From an uncultured Pelagibacteraceae bacterium (GTDB lineage Bacteria > Pseudomonadota > Alphaproteobacteria > Pelagibacterales > Pelagibacteraceae), in contig CACANA010000001.1 in assembly GCA_902533775.1 (NCBI GenBank), forward strand, positions 2,718 through 66,717: a stretch of 64,000 bases of DNA, written 5' to 3'. The position numbers and the translations under genes were made by a program. The notes below the pieces were generated by a model. It was not told the DNA's origin and did no database searches. It saw only the letters and a list, made by a program, of their open reading frames with translations. Shown here one piece after another: positions 38,688-47,889 of the stretch (the first letter of the stretch is position 1; each line of letters begins with the position of its first letter).

Positions 38688-38738
38688 GTTTAACTATAAA
38701 AATACTAAAATGTTTAAAATTGGGCAATTAAATATTTA

Positions 38739-41504
38739 TTAATGAAGCTCTCCCCAGTTATCACCTATGTTTACATCTACCGATAATGGTATTGAAAATG
38801 AATGCAAATCACTATCTTTCACACTTGTCATAATATCTTTAATCTTTTTAGAAGCAGATTTAGTACCATTATCAATTACCTCAAAAATCAATTCATCGTG
38901 AATTTGAAGCAACATATTAAATTCATTTGTTTTTTTAGTATCAATCTCATCGTTGATTCTAATCATAGCAAGTCGCATTATTTCTGATGCAGATCCTTGG
39001 ATGGGTGCATTTATAGCTGCCCTTTCTTGAAAATTTCTAACATTAAAATTTTTGTCATTGATTCCTGGAATATGAGTTTTTCGACCAAAAATATTTCTTA
39101 CATATCCACTTTTTCTACAGAATTTAATTGTGTTATTCATGTATTCTTTAATTTCTGGAAATTTAATAAAATATGAATTTAGAAATTCTTCGGCTTCATT
39201 GTTTGATACACCAATTTGTTTGGCCAAACCATATTGAGATATTCCATAAATTATTCCAAAATTAATAGCTTTCGCTTTTCTCCTCATATCAGCATCAATT
39301 TTTTTTATGTCTACACCAAAAACCTGGCTGGCGGTTAATGAGTGAATATCCTCGTTATTTTTAAAAGCTTTTTTTAGTTCTTTTACATCAGCTAGATCAG
39401 CCAAAATTCTCATTTCGATCTGATTATAGTCTGCTGATATAAGTTTTTTATTTTTTTCTGATATAAAGGCTTTACGAATATCTTTGCCCTCCTCAGTTTT
39501 AATAGGAATATTTTGTAAATTTGGATCACTAGATGCAAGTCTACCTGTTGTAGTTGCTGCTAACAGAAAAGATGTATGCACTCTTTTTGTATTGGGATTT
39601 AAATGCTCTGGCAAAGAGTCAGAGTATGTATTTTTCAATTTACTAGATTGTCTCCATTCTAAAACCAATTTAGGAAATTCATTCCCTTTGTAAGCTAAAT
39701 CCTCTAGAACTGCTGCACCAGTTGCAAAACTCCCTTTTTTTGTCTTTTTTAGCGATGCAATTTTGAGGTCATTATACATTATTTCACCCAACTGTTTGGT
39801 CGATGCAATATTAAATTTTTTTTTTGAAATTTTAAAAATTTGTTTTTCTAAATCTTGAAGTTTTTTTTCAAACTTAACAGATAATTTTTTAAGAAAATTA
39901 TTATCCAATTTTATGCCATTGATTTCCATTGATGCTAAAATTTTAATTAAAGGTTTTTCAAAAATTTCATAAATATTTAGTAATTTTTCCGATTTAAGCG
40001 ATTTCAAAAATATTTTATATAAACGGTAAGTTATATCAGCATCTTCTGCTGCATAATCTTTTGCAATATTTAACTCTACTTGACTGAATTTAATTTCTTT
40101 TTTTCCAGATCCAACAAGATCTTTATATTTAATTGTTTTGTGACCAAGATGAATATCTGAAAGGGTATCCATATTATGTCTATTTTTACCAGCATCTAAA
40201 ACGTATGACATCAACATTGTATCTTCCATACTTTGAATATCTATATCCCTTTTGCGAAATATTATGTAATCGAATTTAATATTTTGCCCAATTTTTTTTA
40301 AACTTTTATCCTCTAAATATGGTTTTAAAATTCTCAAAACATCTTTCTCATTAAGATTATTTTTATCAATATGACCTGTTGGAATGTAACAAGCTTTACC
40401 TATTTTGCTAGAAATTGAGATACCAACTAAATTTGCCTGATGTGGGTCAAGAGAATCTGTTTCAGTATCAATAGAAAATTCACCAGCTTCTTCGGCTTCT
40501 TGCATCCAATCTTTTATTTCAGATAAATTTTTTATCAAAACATATTTATCTTTTGATATTTTAGATGTTTCTTTTTTGACTTCTATTTCATCACTAAATT
40601 TGGATTGACCATACGTCGAAATTGCCGAACTCAATAACCTATTAAATTCCATTTCTCTCAAAAAATTGTATAACTTGTCTACGTCTACTTTTTTTAGAAC
40701 AAAGTCAGTTAATTTGTCTTTCACTGGAACATCATTTTTTAATGTGACCAGTTTTTTACTTACTAGAGCCTTATCTTTATTTTCTAAAAGTGTTTCTCTT
40801 CTTTTATTCTGTTTTATTTTATTTGCGTTTTTGAGAAGGTTTTCTAAATTTCCATATTCCTTAATTAATTCTGCTGCTGTTTTTACACCAATACCTGGAA
40901 CGCCAGGTACATTGTCTGTACTATCCCCTGCTAGTGATTGAACATCAATTACTTTATCCGGACCAACCCCAAATTTATTGATTACATCGTCATTAGATAT
41001 AAATTTATTCTTCATTGGATCGTATATACGAACCTTTTTTTTGAAAAGTTGCATTAAATCTTTGTCAGATGATACAATTGTAACCTTTGCACCTTCGTCT
41101 AATATTTGCTCTACATAGGTGGCTATCAAATCATCAGCCTCGTAATTTAACATTTCTATAGAAGGTAAATTGAATGCTAATACTGACTTTCTAATATAAT
41201 CGAATTGTGGAATTAGATCATCGGGAGCATCAGACCTATTTCCTTTATAATCTGAATATATTTCGTTTCGAAAATTCTTTCTTGCAGAGTCAAAGATTAC
41301 TGCAAAATGAGTTGGTTTTTCTAAATTTTCGCTAGATTTAGAGTCCTCTAATAATTTAAACAGCATGTTACAAAATCCACTTACTGCGCCTACTGGCAAA
41401 CCATCACTTTTTCGTGTTAATGGTGGCAATGCGTAATAGGCTCTAAATATGTATCCGGACCCATCAATAAGATAGAAATGATCTGTTTTTTTAATTTTAC
41501 CCAT
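38739..41504 (-). CDS. polA: DNA polymerase I
   Basis: 5'-3' exonuclease (LIDGSGYIFRAY), DTET exonuclease motif, DYNQIEMR, KAINFGIIYG, QIHDE. Confidence 0.97.
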   Translation of the reverse strand: MGKIKKTDHFYLIDGSGYIFRAYYALPPLTRKSDGLPVGAVSGFCNMLFKLLEDSKSSENLEKPTHFAVIFDSARKNFRNEIYSDYKGNRSDAPDDLIPQFDYIRKSVLAFNLPSIEMLNYEADDLIATYVEQILDEGAKVTIVSSDKDLMQLFKKKVRIYDPMKNKFISNDDVINKFGVGPDKVIDVQSLAGDSTDNVPGVPGIGVKTAAELIKEYGNLENLLKNANKIKQNKRRETLLENKDKALVSKKLVTLKNDVPVKDKLTDFVLKKVDVDKLYNFLREMEFNRLLSSAISTYGQSKFSDEIEVKKETSKISKDKYVLIKNLSEIKDWMQEAEEAGEFSIDTETDSLDPHQANLVGISISSKIGKACYIPTGHIDKNNLNEKDVLRILKPYLEDKSLKKIGQNIKFDYIIFRKRDIDIQSMEDTMLMSYVLDAGKNRHNMDTLSDIHLGHKTIKYKDLVGSGKKEIKFSQVELNIAKDYAAEDADITYRLYKIFLKSLKSEKLLNIYEIFEKPLIKILASMEINGIKLDNNFLKKLSVKFEKKLQDLEKQIFKISKKKFNIASTKQLGEIMYNDLKIASLKKTKKGSFATGAAVLEDLAYKGNEFPKLVLEWRQSSKLKNTYSDSLPEHLNPNTKRVHTSFLLAATTTGRLASSDPNLQNIPIKTEEGKDIRKAFISEKNKKLISADYNQIEMRILADLADVKELKKAFKNNEDIHSLTASQVFGVDIKKIDADMRRKAKAINFGIIYGISQYGLAKQIGVSNNEAEEFLNSYFIKFPEIKEYMNNTIKFCRKSGYVRNIFGRKTHIPGINDKNFNVRNFQERAAINAPIQGSASEIMRLAMIRINDEIDTKKTNEFNMLLQIHDELIFEVIDNGTKSASKKIKDIMTSVKDSDLHSFSIPLSVDVNIGDNWGELH

Positions 41505-41604
41505 AATTTAATTTATAATAAATTGACGTATTATAGTAAGAATAAAACATCCTGTTAATAAATATTAGTGGATTAAACTTTATTTAAATAGTAATTTAAA
41601 GCTA

Positions 41605-42156
41605 ATGGAATTAGTAAATTCAATTTCTAATAATAAAATAATTAAAATCATAATATTTGCATTAATAGGTTCTATTTTATTGACAATATCTGCAAAAATT
41701 AAAATACCTTTTTATCCAGTTCCTATGACTATGCAAACATTTATAGTTTTGTTTTTAGGAATTTCCTTTGGATATAAAGTCGGCGTACTTTCGGTAGTTT
41801 TTTATTTGATAGAAGGAATTATGGGATTACCAGTATTTTCTAACTCACCAGAAAAAGGAATAGGATTAGCTTATTTTGTTGGTCCCACAATGGGATATTT
41901 AATAGGTTTTATATTTGCATGTCTGATAGCAGGCATATTTACATACGATAAAAACCATATTTTAAACTTTTTAAAAATTATAATTGCAACATCAGTAATA
42001 TATATTTTGGGTATTTTGTGGCTTGGAAATTTAATCGGTTGGGATAAACCAATATTAGAATTTGGTGTTTACCCATTTCTTTATGCTGAATTATTTAAGA
42101 TGTTATTACTAACAGCTTTAGTTAATAAAATTATTAAACTTAGAAAATATATTTAG
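41605..42156 (+). CDS. bioY: biotin transporter BioY
   Basis: PVPMTMQT, GLPVF, GPTMGYLIGF. Confidence 0.9.
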   Translation: MELVNSISNNKIIKIIIFALIGSILLTISAKIKIPFYPVPMTMQTFIVLFLGISFGYKVGVLSVVFYLIEGIMGLPVFSNSPEKGIGLAYFVGPTMGYLIGFIFACLIAGIFTYDKNHILNFLKIIIATSVIYILGILWLGNLIGWDKPILEFGVYPFLYAELFKMLLLTALVNKIIKLRKYI

Positions 42157-42158
42157 AA

Positions 42159-42722
42159 TTATCTTGGAGATCTTTTTGATAGAATTCTTTGAAGTGTTCT
42201 TCGATGCATTTTAAGTCTTCTTGCAGTCTCAGATACATTTCTGTTACATAATTCAAAAACTCTGTGAATATGTTCCCATTTAACTCTATCAGCGGACATT
42301 GGATTTTCTGGTGGAGCAGCTTTTTTATTTGGATCAGCTAAAAGTGCTTTTTCTACGTCATCTGCATCTGCTGGTTTAGCTAAATAGTCTATTGCACCTT
42401 CTTTAATCGCTGCTACTGCAGTTGGTATATTTCCATAACCAGTAAGCATCACTATTCTGCTCTCTGAGTTATTTTTCTGGATTTCTTTTACAACTTCTAG
42501 TCCGTTTCCATCGTTTAGTCTCAAGTCAACAACTGCAAAAGCAGGTTTTTTTGATTTCACAGACTCTATTCCAATTTTTACACCCTCTGCTTGTGAAACA
42601 GAAAAGCCCTTTTTCTCCATTGCTCGAGCTAGTCTTTCTCTAAAAGGGTTATCATCATCTACTATAAGTAGAGATTTATCCTCAAATTCTGTTATTTTTT
42701 TTAACACTTCTGCTTCTGGCAT
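42159..42722 (-). CDS. regA: ActR/PrrA/RegA redox response regulator
   Basis: LTGYGNIPTAVAA, PPENPMSADRVKWEHI, NVSETARRLKMHRRTLQRIL. Confidence 0.95.
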   Translation of the reverse strand: MPEAEVLKKITEFEDKSLLIVDDDNPFRERLARAMEKKGFSVSQAEGVKIGIESVKSKKPAFAVVDLRLNDGNGLEVVKEIQKNNSESRIVMLTGYGNIPTAVAAIKEGAIDYLAKPADADDVEKALLADPNKKAAPPENPMSADRVKWEHIHRVFELCNRNVSETARRLKMHRRTLQRILSKRSPR

Positions 42723-42729
42723 GAACCTT

Positions 42730-42757
42730 ATATGGAAACATTCTAAATTATTTCAAG
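42730..42757 (-). promoter_or_regulatory. sigma32-type promoter of regA (leaderless)
   Basis: Minus strand reads CTTGAA-N16-CCATAT-N7-ATG, the same elements and spacing as the ibpA promoter. Confidence 0.6.
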
Positions 42758-42811
42758 GGTACATTTTTACTTTACATTGGCTCATTTTCAGCATAAATGC
42801 TCGTTTTATAT

Positions 42812-42843
42812 AAACTTGCATAGCAGTTATGCCGGTTTTTTTT
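42812..42843 (+). promoter_or_regulatory. leader hairpin + U-tract (attenuator-like) upstream of the polyamine operon
   Basis: AAACT-T-GCATAG-cag-TTATGC-C-GGTTT running into T8. Confidence 0.4.
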
Positions 42844-42867
42844 GTTAAATTTTTTTTGGAGCTTTAA

Positions 42868-44046
42868 ATGCAAAAATTTAAATCAGTTGATAAATTAGTA
42901 AACCAACTGAAACCAACAGAACCTGTTTATTGTATTAGAAGAAATTCTATAAACATAGCTTCTAAATTTTTTCAGAATAAATTTCCTGGTAAAATCCTAT
43001 ATGCTGTTAAAACTAACCCTCATCCATTAGTATTAAAAACTATCGTGGAAAGCGGAATTAATGATTTTGATATCGCTTCAATTAAAGAAGTTGAGGCAAT
43101 TAGAAGTGTTAGCCCAGATGCAAAATGCTCCTACATGCATACTGTAAAAAGCAAGGAAAGTATAAGCGAAGCATATTTCAAATATAATATTAAGACTTTT
43201 TCAATAGATACAAAAGATGAATTAATAAAAATTCTTAATAGTACTAATCAAGCTAAGGATTTGGAGTTATTTGTAAGAGTTGCAGTTTCTAATGAACACG
43301 CAGAAATAGATTTATCTAAAAAATTTGGCGCACAAACTTCTGAAGCAATAGGCCTTTATAGATTAACAAAACAGTATGCAAAAAAAATAGGATTAAGTTT
43401 TCATGTGGGTTCGCAATGTATGCATCCAATATCCTATTCAAAAGGGATTAATGAAATTAAATATATAATAAAAAAAACAAAAATAGTTCCAGATGTTATA
43501 AATATAGGTGGAGGATTTCCAACAATCTATCCTGACTTAGTTCCTCAATCATTAGACTCTTATTTTGAGGAAATAAAAAATTCATTAAATAAATTAAAAT
43601 TAGAAAAAAAACCAGAAATTATATGTGAGCCAGGTCGAGCAATTGTTGCAGAAAGTGGTTCGACAATTGTAAGAGTAAACTTAAGAAAAAAACAAAAGCT
43701 ATATATTAATGATGGAACATACGGAACTTTATTTGATGCAGGTGTGCCTAATATAGTTTATCCATCAAGGATAATTACAAGTGGAAGAATTATATCAAAA
43801 AAATTGACTTCATTTGATTTTTATGGACCAACATGTGATAGCATGGATTATATGAAGGGACCTTTTATTCTACCTAATAATATTAAAGAAGGTGATTACA
43901 TTGAGTTAGGTCAATTAGGAGCATACGGATTGACATTTAGAACTGAATTTAATGGATATTATTCTGATAGTATTTACGAAGTATGTGATGATCCAATAAT
44001 GACGATGTATGACAAAGAAACAAATAAAGAGTTTCTTGTTGCATAA
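42868..44046 (+). CDS. alanine-racemase-fold (type III PLP) basic amino acid decarboxylase, ODC-like
   Basis: YAVKTN PLP lysine, SFHVGSQ, NIGGGF, CEPGR, GPTCDSMD, GAYG. Confidence 0.9.
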   Translation: MQKFKSVDKLVNQLKPTEPVYCIRRNSINIASKFFQNKFPGKILYAVKTNPHPLVLKTIVESGINDFDIASIKEVEAIRSVSPDAKCSYMHTVKSKESISEAYFKYNIKTFSIDTKDELIKILNSTNQAKDLELFVRVAVSNEHAEIDLSKKFGAQTSEAIGLYRLTKQYAKKIGLSFHVGSQCMHPISYSKGINEIKYIIKKTKIVPDVINIGGGFPTIYPDLVPQSLDSYFEEIKNSLNKLKLEKKPEIICEPGRAIVAESGSTIVRVNLRKKQKLYINDGTYGTLFDAGVPNIVYPSRIITSGRIISKKLTSFDFYGPTCDSMDYMKGPFILPNNIKEGDYIELGQLGAYGLTFRTEFNGYYSDSIYEVCDDPIMTMYDKETNKEFLVA

Positions 44047-45086
44047 TGTCAGATACAAAAAATCTTAATCATAACAGAAAAAAAGACTTTTTAAGTAAAG
44101 AGGTTGAGCATATTGATATTACATCTTTTGACTCTAGAAAAATTATATCTTCTATGGAAAAAATGTCTTTTGTTTCAAGAGAAACTGCTAATGCATCCAA
44201 GATATATAATGAAATGCTTAAAGATAAAGATTGCACAATATTTTTAACTCTTGCAGGGTCTACTTCTGCCGCTGGATGTATGCATATTTATAGAGATATG
44301 GTTAAATACAACATGGTAGATGCAATTGTAGCAACTGGAGCATCTATAATAGATATGGATTTTTTTGAAGCGCTTGGATTTAAACATTACCAAGGATCAC
44401 AATATCAAAATGATAATGAACTTAGAGACAATTATATAGATAGGATTTATGATACTTACATCGATGAAGAGGAGCTCCAGGTTTGTGATAAAACAATAGG
44501 AGAAATAGCAGACAAACTTGAGCCGAAGTCTTACACATCGAGAGAATTTATTAAAGAGATTGGCAAATATCTAAAAACTAATTCTAAAAAGAAAGGTTCT
44601 TTAATTGAAACAGCTTTTGATAACAATGTACCTATATTCTGTCCTGCATTTACAGATTCAAGTGCAGGTTTTGGATTAGTCATGCATCAAGAGAGAAATC
44701 CAAAAAATCATATTACAATAGACTCAATTAGAGAATTTAGAGAATTAACAGAGATTAAAATTAAATCTAAAGGGTCGGGATTATTTATGATTGGTGGTGG
44801 AGTTCCTAAAAACTTTATACAAGACACGGTAATTTGTGCTGAACTTTTGGGAAAAAATGTCGATATGCACAAATATGCAATACAAATTACTGTTGCTGAC
44901 TCAAGAGATGGAGCTTGCAGTAGTTCAACATTAAAAGAAGCAAGTTCATGGGGTAAGGTTGATACTACCAAAGAACAAATGGTATTTGCTGAAGCTACCA
45001 GTGTTTTACCATTAATAGCAAGTGATGCCTATCATACTGGAGAATGGAAAAATAGAGACAGAAAAAACTTTTCCAAAATATTTTGA
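44046..45086 (+). CDS. deoxyhypusine synthase-like protein (homospermidine/aminobutyl-transfer enzyme)
   Basis: DRIYD, CPAFTDSS, GGGVPKNF, DGACS, EASSWGK with active-site Lys. Confidence 0.9.
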   Translation: MSDTKNLNHNRKKDFLSKEVEHIDITSFDSRKIISSMEKMSFVSRETANASKIYNEMLKDKDCTIFLTLAGSTSAAGCMHIYRDMVKYNMVDAIVATGASIIDMDFFEALGFKHYQGSQYQNDNELRDNYIDRIYDTYIDEEELQVCDKTIGEIADKLEPKSYTSREFIKEIGKYLKTNSKKKGSLIETAFDNNVPIFCPAFTDSSAGFGLVMHQERNPKNHITIDSIREFRELTEIKIKSKGSGLFMIGGGVPKNFIQDTVICAELLGKNVDMHKYAIQITVADSRDGACSSSTLKEASSWGKVDTTKEQMVFAEATSVLPLIASDAYHTGEWKNRDRKNFSKIF

Positions 45087-45089
45087 TAG

Positions 45090-45971
45090 ATGATCAAAAA
45101 AGTAAAAATTGGAATTATTCAAAGTAAAATTTCAGATAATATTCAAAAAAATATAAATTCAGCTATTAAAAATATAAAAAAAGCAGCATCAAAAAAAGCT
45201 AAAATAATTTGTGTACCAGAACTATTTTTATCAAATTATTTTTGTCAAACAGAAAGTCATTCCAACTTTAAGCTAGCAGAAAAAATACCTGGCAGAACCA
45301 CAAAAATATTTTGTGAATTAGCTAAAGATTTACAAATAGTATTAATGATTTCATTATTTGAAAAAAAAACGCATGGCTTCTATCATAATACCAGTATCGT
45401 TATTAGCGAGAAAGGTAAAATTTTATCGAAATATAGAAAAATGCATATACCAGATGATCCTGGCTATTATGAAAAATTTTATTTTACTCCTGGAGATTTA
45501 GGTTTTAAATCTGTTAAAACAAAATTTGGTAAAATTGGACCTTTAATTTGTTGGGATCAATGGTTCCCAGAAGCCGCAAGATTGACTGCACTTAAAGGTG
45601 CACAAATAATTTTTTACCCTACTGCTATTGGATGGCATCCTAAAGAGAAAAAAAAATTTGGAAAATCTCAACTAGACTCTTGGATAACAATGCAAAAATC
45701 TCACGCAATAGCAAATGGTACTTATGTGGTTGCTATAAATAGAGTTGGAACAGAAAAAAAAGGTAAGAAGAAAATAGAATTCTGGGGAAACTCAATGATC
45801 ATAGATCCTAGTGGGCAAATAATTGGAAAACTTGGGAATAAAAAAGAAGAAATTTTGGTTCGTGAAATAAACTATAAAAAAATTGATTCAGCCAGAGAGC
45901 ATTGGCCTTTTTTAAGGGATAGAAGAATCGATTTTTATAAAGGCATAGTAAAAAATCCTGCAGATGAGTGA
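45090..45971 (+). CDS. aguB: N-carbamoylputrescine amidase (C-N hydrolase)
   Basis: PELF..YFCQ, YRKMHIPDDPGYYEKFYFTPGD, ICWDQWFPEAAR, YPTAIG. Confidence 0.88.
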   Translation: MIKKVKIGIIQSKISDNIQKNINSAIKNIKKAASKKAKIICVPELFLSNYFCQTESHSNFKLAEKIPGRTTKIFCELAKDLQIVLMISLFEKKTHGFYHNTSIVISEKGKILSKYRKMHIPDDPGYYEKFYFTPGDLGFKSVKTKFGKIGPLICWDQWFPEAARLTALKGAQIIFYPTAIGWHPKEKKKFGKSQLDSWITMQKSHAIANGTYVVAINRVGTEKKGKKKIEFWGNSMIIDPSGQIIGKLGNKKEEILVREINYKKIDSAREHWPFLRDRRIDFYKGIVKNPADE

Positions 45972-47016
45972 AAGCTTTAATGGATTTAGAATGCCAGCTG
46001 AATGGGAGCCTCAAAACTCAGTTTGGATTGCTTGGCCTTATAATAAAAATGATTGGCCTGGATTATATCAATTTATTCCTGAAGTAATTTTAAAGATTAT
46101 AAAAAAAATTTCAAAAAATCAGAAAGTTAACTTAATCGTTAGCAAAAATATAAAAAATATAAAAAAATTAATAAAACTTGATAAAATTAAAAATATCAAT
46201 TTCCACTATATTAAAACTGATAGAATATGGTTAAGAGACTCTGGACCCATATTTATAACAAACAAGGTCGAAAAGAAAAAAGTAATACTAAATTTTGGTT
46301 TTAACGGATGGTCAAAATATAAAAATTATAAAAATGACAATAAAATCAATAATAGTATTAGTAAAATTGCTAATTTTAAAAAGATTGATCCAATAATCAA
46401 AAAAAAAGGCAGAATTAGAAAAATAATCATGGAAGGAGGAGCATTTGATGTAAATGGCTCAGGTACAATTTTATTAACTGAAGAATGTTTGTTAAGCAAA
46501 ATTCAAGAAAGAAATAAAAATTTTAAAAAAAAAGACTACGAAAAAATGTTTAATAAATACTTAAATATAAAAAACTTTATATGGCTTAAAAAAGGAATTG
46601 CTGGCGATGACACGCATGGACATGTTGATGACATATCAAGATTTGTTTCAAGAAATACGATTATGACTGCGGTTGAAAATAATAAAAAAGATATAAATTA
46701 CAAAAACTTAAATAAGAATTTAAATATATTGAAAGAAAGTAAATGTGAGAAAGGAAAGAAATTCAAAATTATAAAAGTTCCTATGCCTTCACCAATTTAT
46801 ATTGAGAATACAAGAGTTCCTGCAAGTTATATGAATTTTTATATTTGTAATAAAAAAATAATTCTCCCAATATTCAAAGTAAAAGAAGACAATATTGCAA
46901 TTAAAATTTTCAAAAATTATTTTAGAAATAGAAAAATTGAAACAGTTGACTGTAGCAAATTGATATGGGGATTTGGTGCAATACATTGTATGACCCAACA
47001 AGAACCTAAAATTTAG
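45964..47016 (+). CDS. aguA: agmatine deiminase
   Basis: RMPAEWE, WLRDSGP, EGG, DDTHGHVD, ASYMNF, GAIHCMTQQEP. Confidence 0.92.
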   Translation: MSESFNGFRMPAEWEPQNSVWIAWPYNKNDWPGLYQFIPEVILKIIKKISKNQKVNLIVSKNIKNIKKLIKLDKIKNINFHYIKTDRIWLRDSGPIFITNKVEKKKVILNFGFNGWSKYKNYKNDNKINNSISKIANFKKIDPIIKKKGRIRKIIMEGGAFDVNGSGTILLTEECLLSKIQERNKNFKKKDYEKMFNKYLNIKNFIWLKKGIAGDDTHGHVDDISRFVSRNTIMTAVENNKKDINYKNLNKNLNILKESKCEKGKKFKIIKVPMPSPIYIENTRVPASYMNFYICNKKIILPIFKVKEDNIAIKIFKNYFRNRKIETVDCSKLIWGFGAIHCMTQQEPKI

Positions 47017-47565
47017 TTATGCTGCTTTTAGTGTGCCGAGTAATAATCTAAAAGGTATCAACATTACAAGAGCTACAAATATTTTTACCGCAAGATCTCC
47101 TAACGATAAAGTTACCCATGGAATTCCCGTTCCATAGAATGATATTGAGAAAAATAAAAAAGTATCAACAGTTGAACCTATCAAAGAAGATGTTAAAGGT
47201 GCTATAAACCACTTTTTTTGTCTTAATTGATCAAATATCTGAACATCTAAAAGTTGAGCAATTATAAAAGCTGTTCCTGAACCAATTGCTATTCTTATAG
47301 AAATAAGATCAGTAAAATTAGTTGAAAATATTAAAGTAAACAAAATTCCAATTGTGAAGCCTATATAGACAATTTTTCTTGCTACTAATTTTCCAAAGGA
47401 TCTGTTGGCTAAATCTGTAATTAAAAATGCAATTGGATAACTAAATGCACCGTAAGTTAAAATTTCCTCTAAACCGTAATATTTTATAGGAAATTGAACT
47501 AAATAATTAGATGCTAGTACAACCAATCCCATTAAAAATGAGAAAGTAAGGAAAACTTTATTCAT
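47017..47565 (-). CDS. queuosine precursor transporter (VUT/YhhQ family)
   Basis: ASNYLVQ, YPIAFLITDLANR, AQLLDVQIF, VDTFLFF. Confidence 0.85.
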   Translation of the reverse strand: MNKVFLTFSFLMGLVVLASNYLVQFPIKYYGLEEILTYGAFSYPIAFLITDLANRSFGKLVARKIVYIGFTIGILFTLIFSTNFTDLISIRIAIGSGTAFIIAQLLDVQIFDQLRQKKWFIAPLTSSLIGSTVDTFLFFSISFYGTGIPWVTLSLGDLAVKIFVALVMLIPFRLLLGTLKAA

Positions 47566-47846
47566 TATGCTGTTTTTGCGATTATTGATTTTTTAAGCTT
47601 TTTTAATCTTAACGATAAATCTCTTGATTTCGCAGATTTTAAGAAATTATCAAAGCTACCTTTTTTATCTACAGATCTAACACCTGCATTTGAAACTGTT
47701 AATCTCATAGATTTTTTTAAAAGTTCGCTTTTAAATTTTACTTTCTTTAAATTTGGAAGAAATCTTCTCTTAGTTTTATTGTTAGCGTGACTAACATTAT
47801 GGCCTTTTAGAGGGATTTTACCAATAAGTTCGCATTTTTTAGACAT
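47565..47846 (-). CDS. rpmB: 50S ribosomal protein L28
   Basis: GHNVSHANNKTKRRFLPNL. Confidence 0.95.
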   Translation of the reverse strand: MSKKCELIGKIPLKGHNVSHANNKTKRRFLPNLKKVKFKSELLKKSMRLTVSNAGVRSVDKKGSFDNFLKSAKSRDLSLRLKKLKKSIIAKTA

Positions 47847-47858
47847 AAATTTTCAAGA

Positions 47859-47887
47859 TGTATATGGTCTTAAAGAATACCAGTCAA
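47859..47887 (-). promoter_or_regulatory. sigma70-type promoter of rpmB
   Basis: TTGACT-N17-TATACA on the minus strand. Confidence 0.55.
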
Positions 47888-47889
47888 GA

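Noticed and set aside
41505-41604. BioR/BirA operator upstream of bioY
   Set aside because: Only AT-rich near-dyads; no convincing match to the TTATMKATAA box
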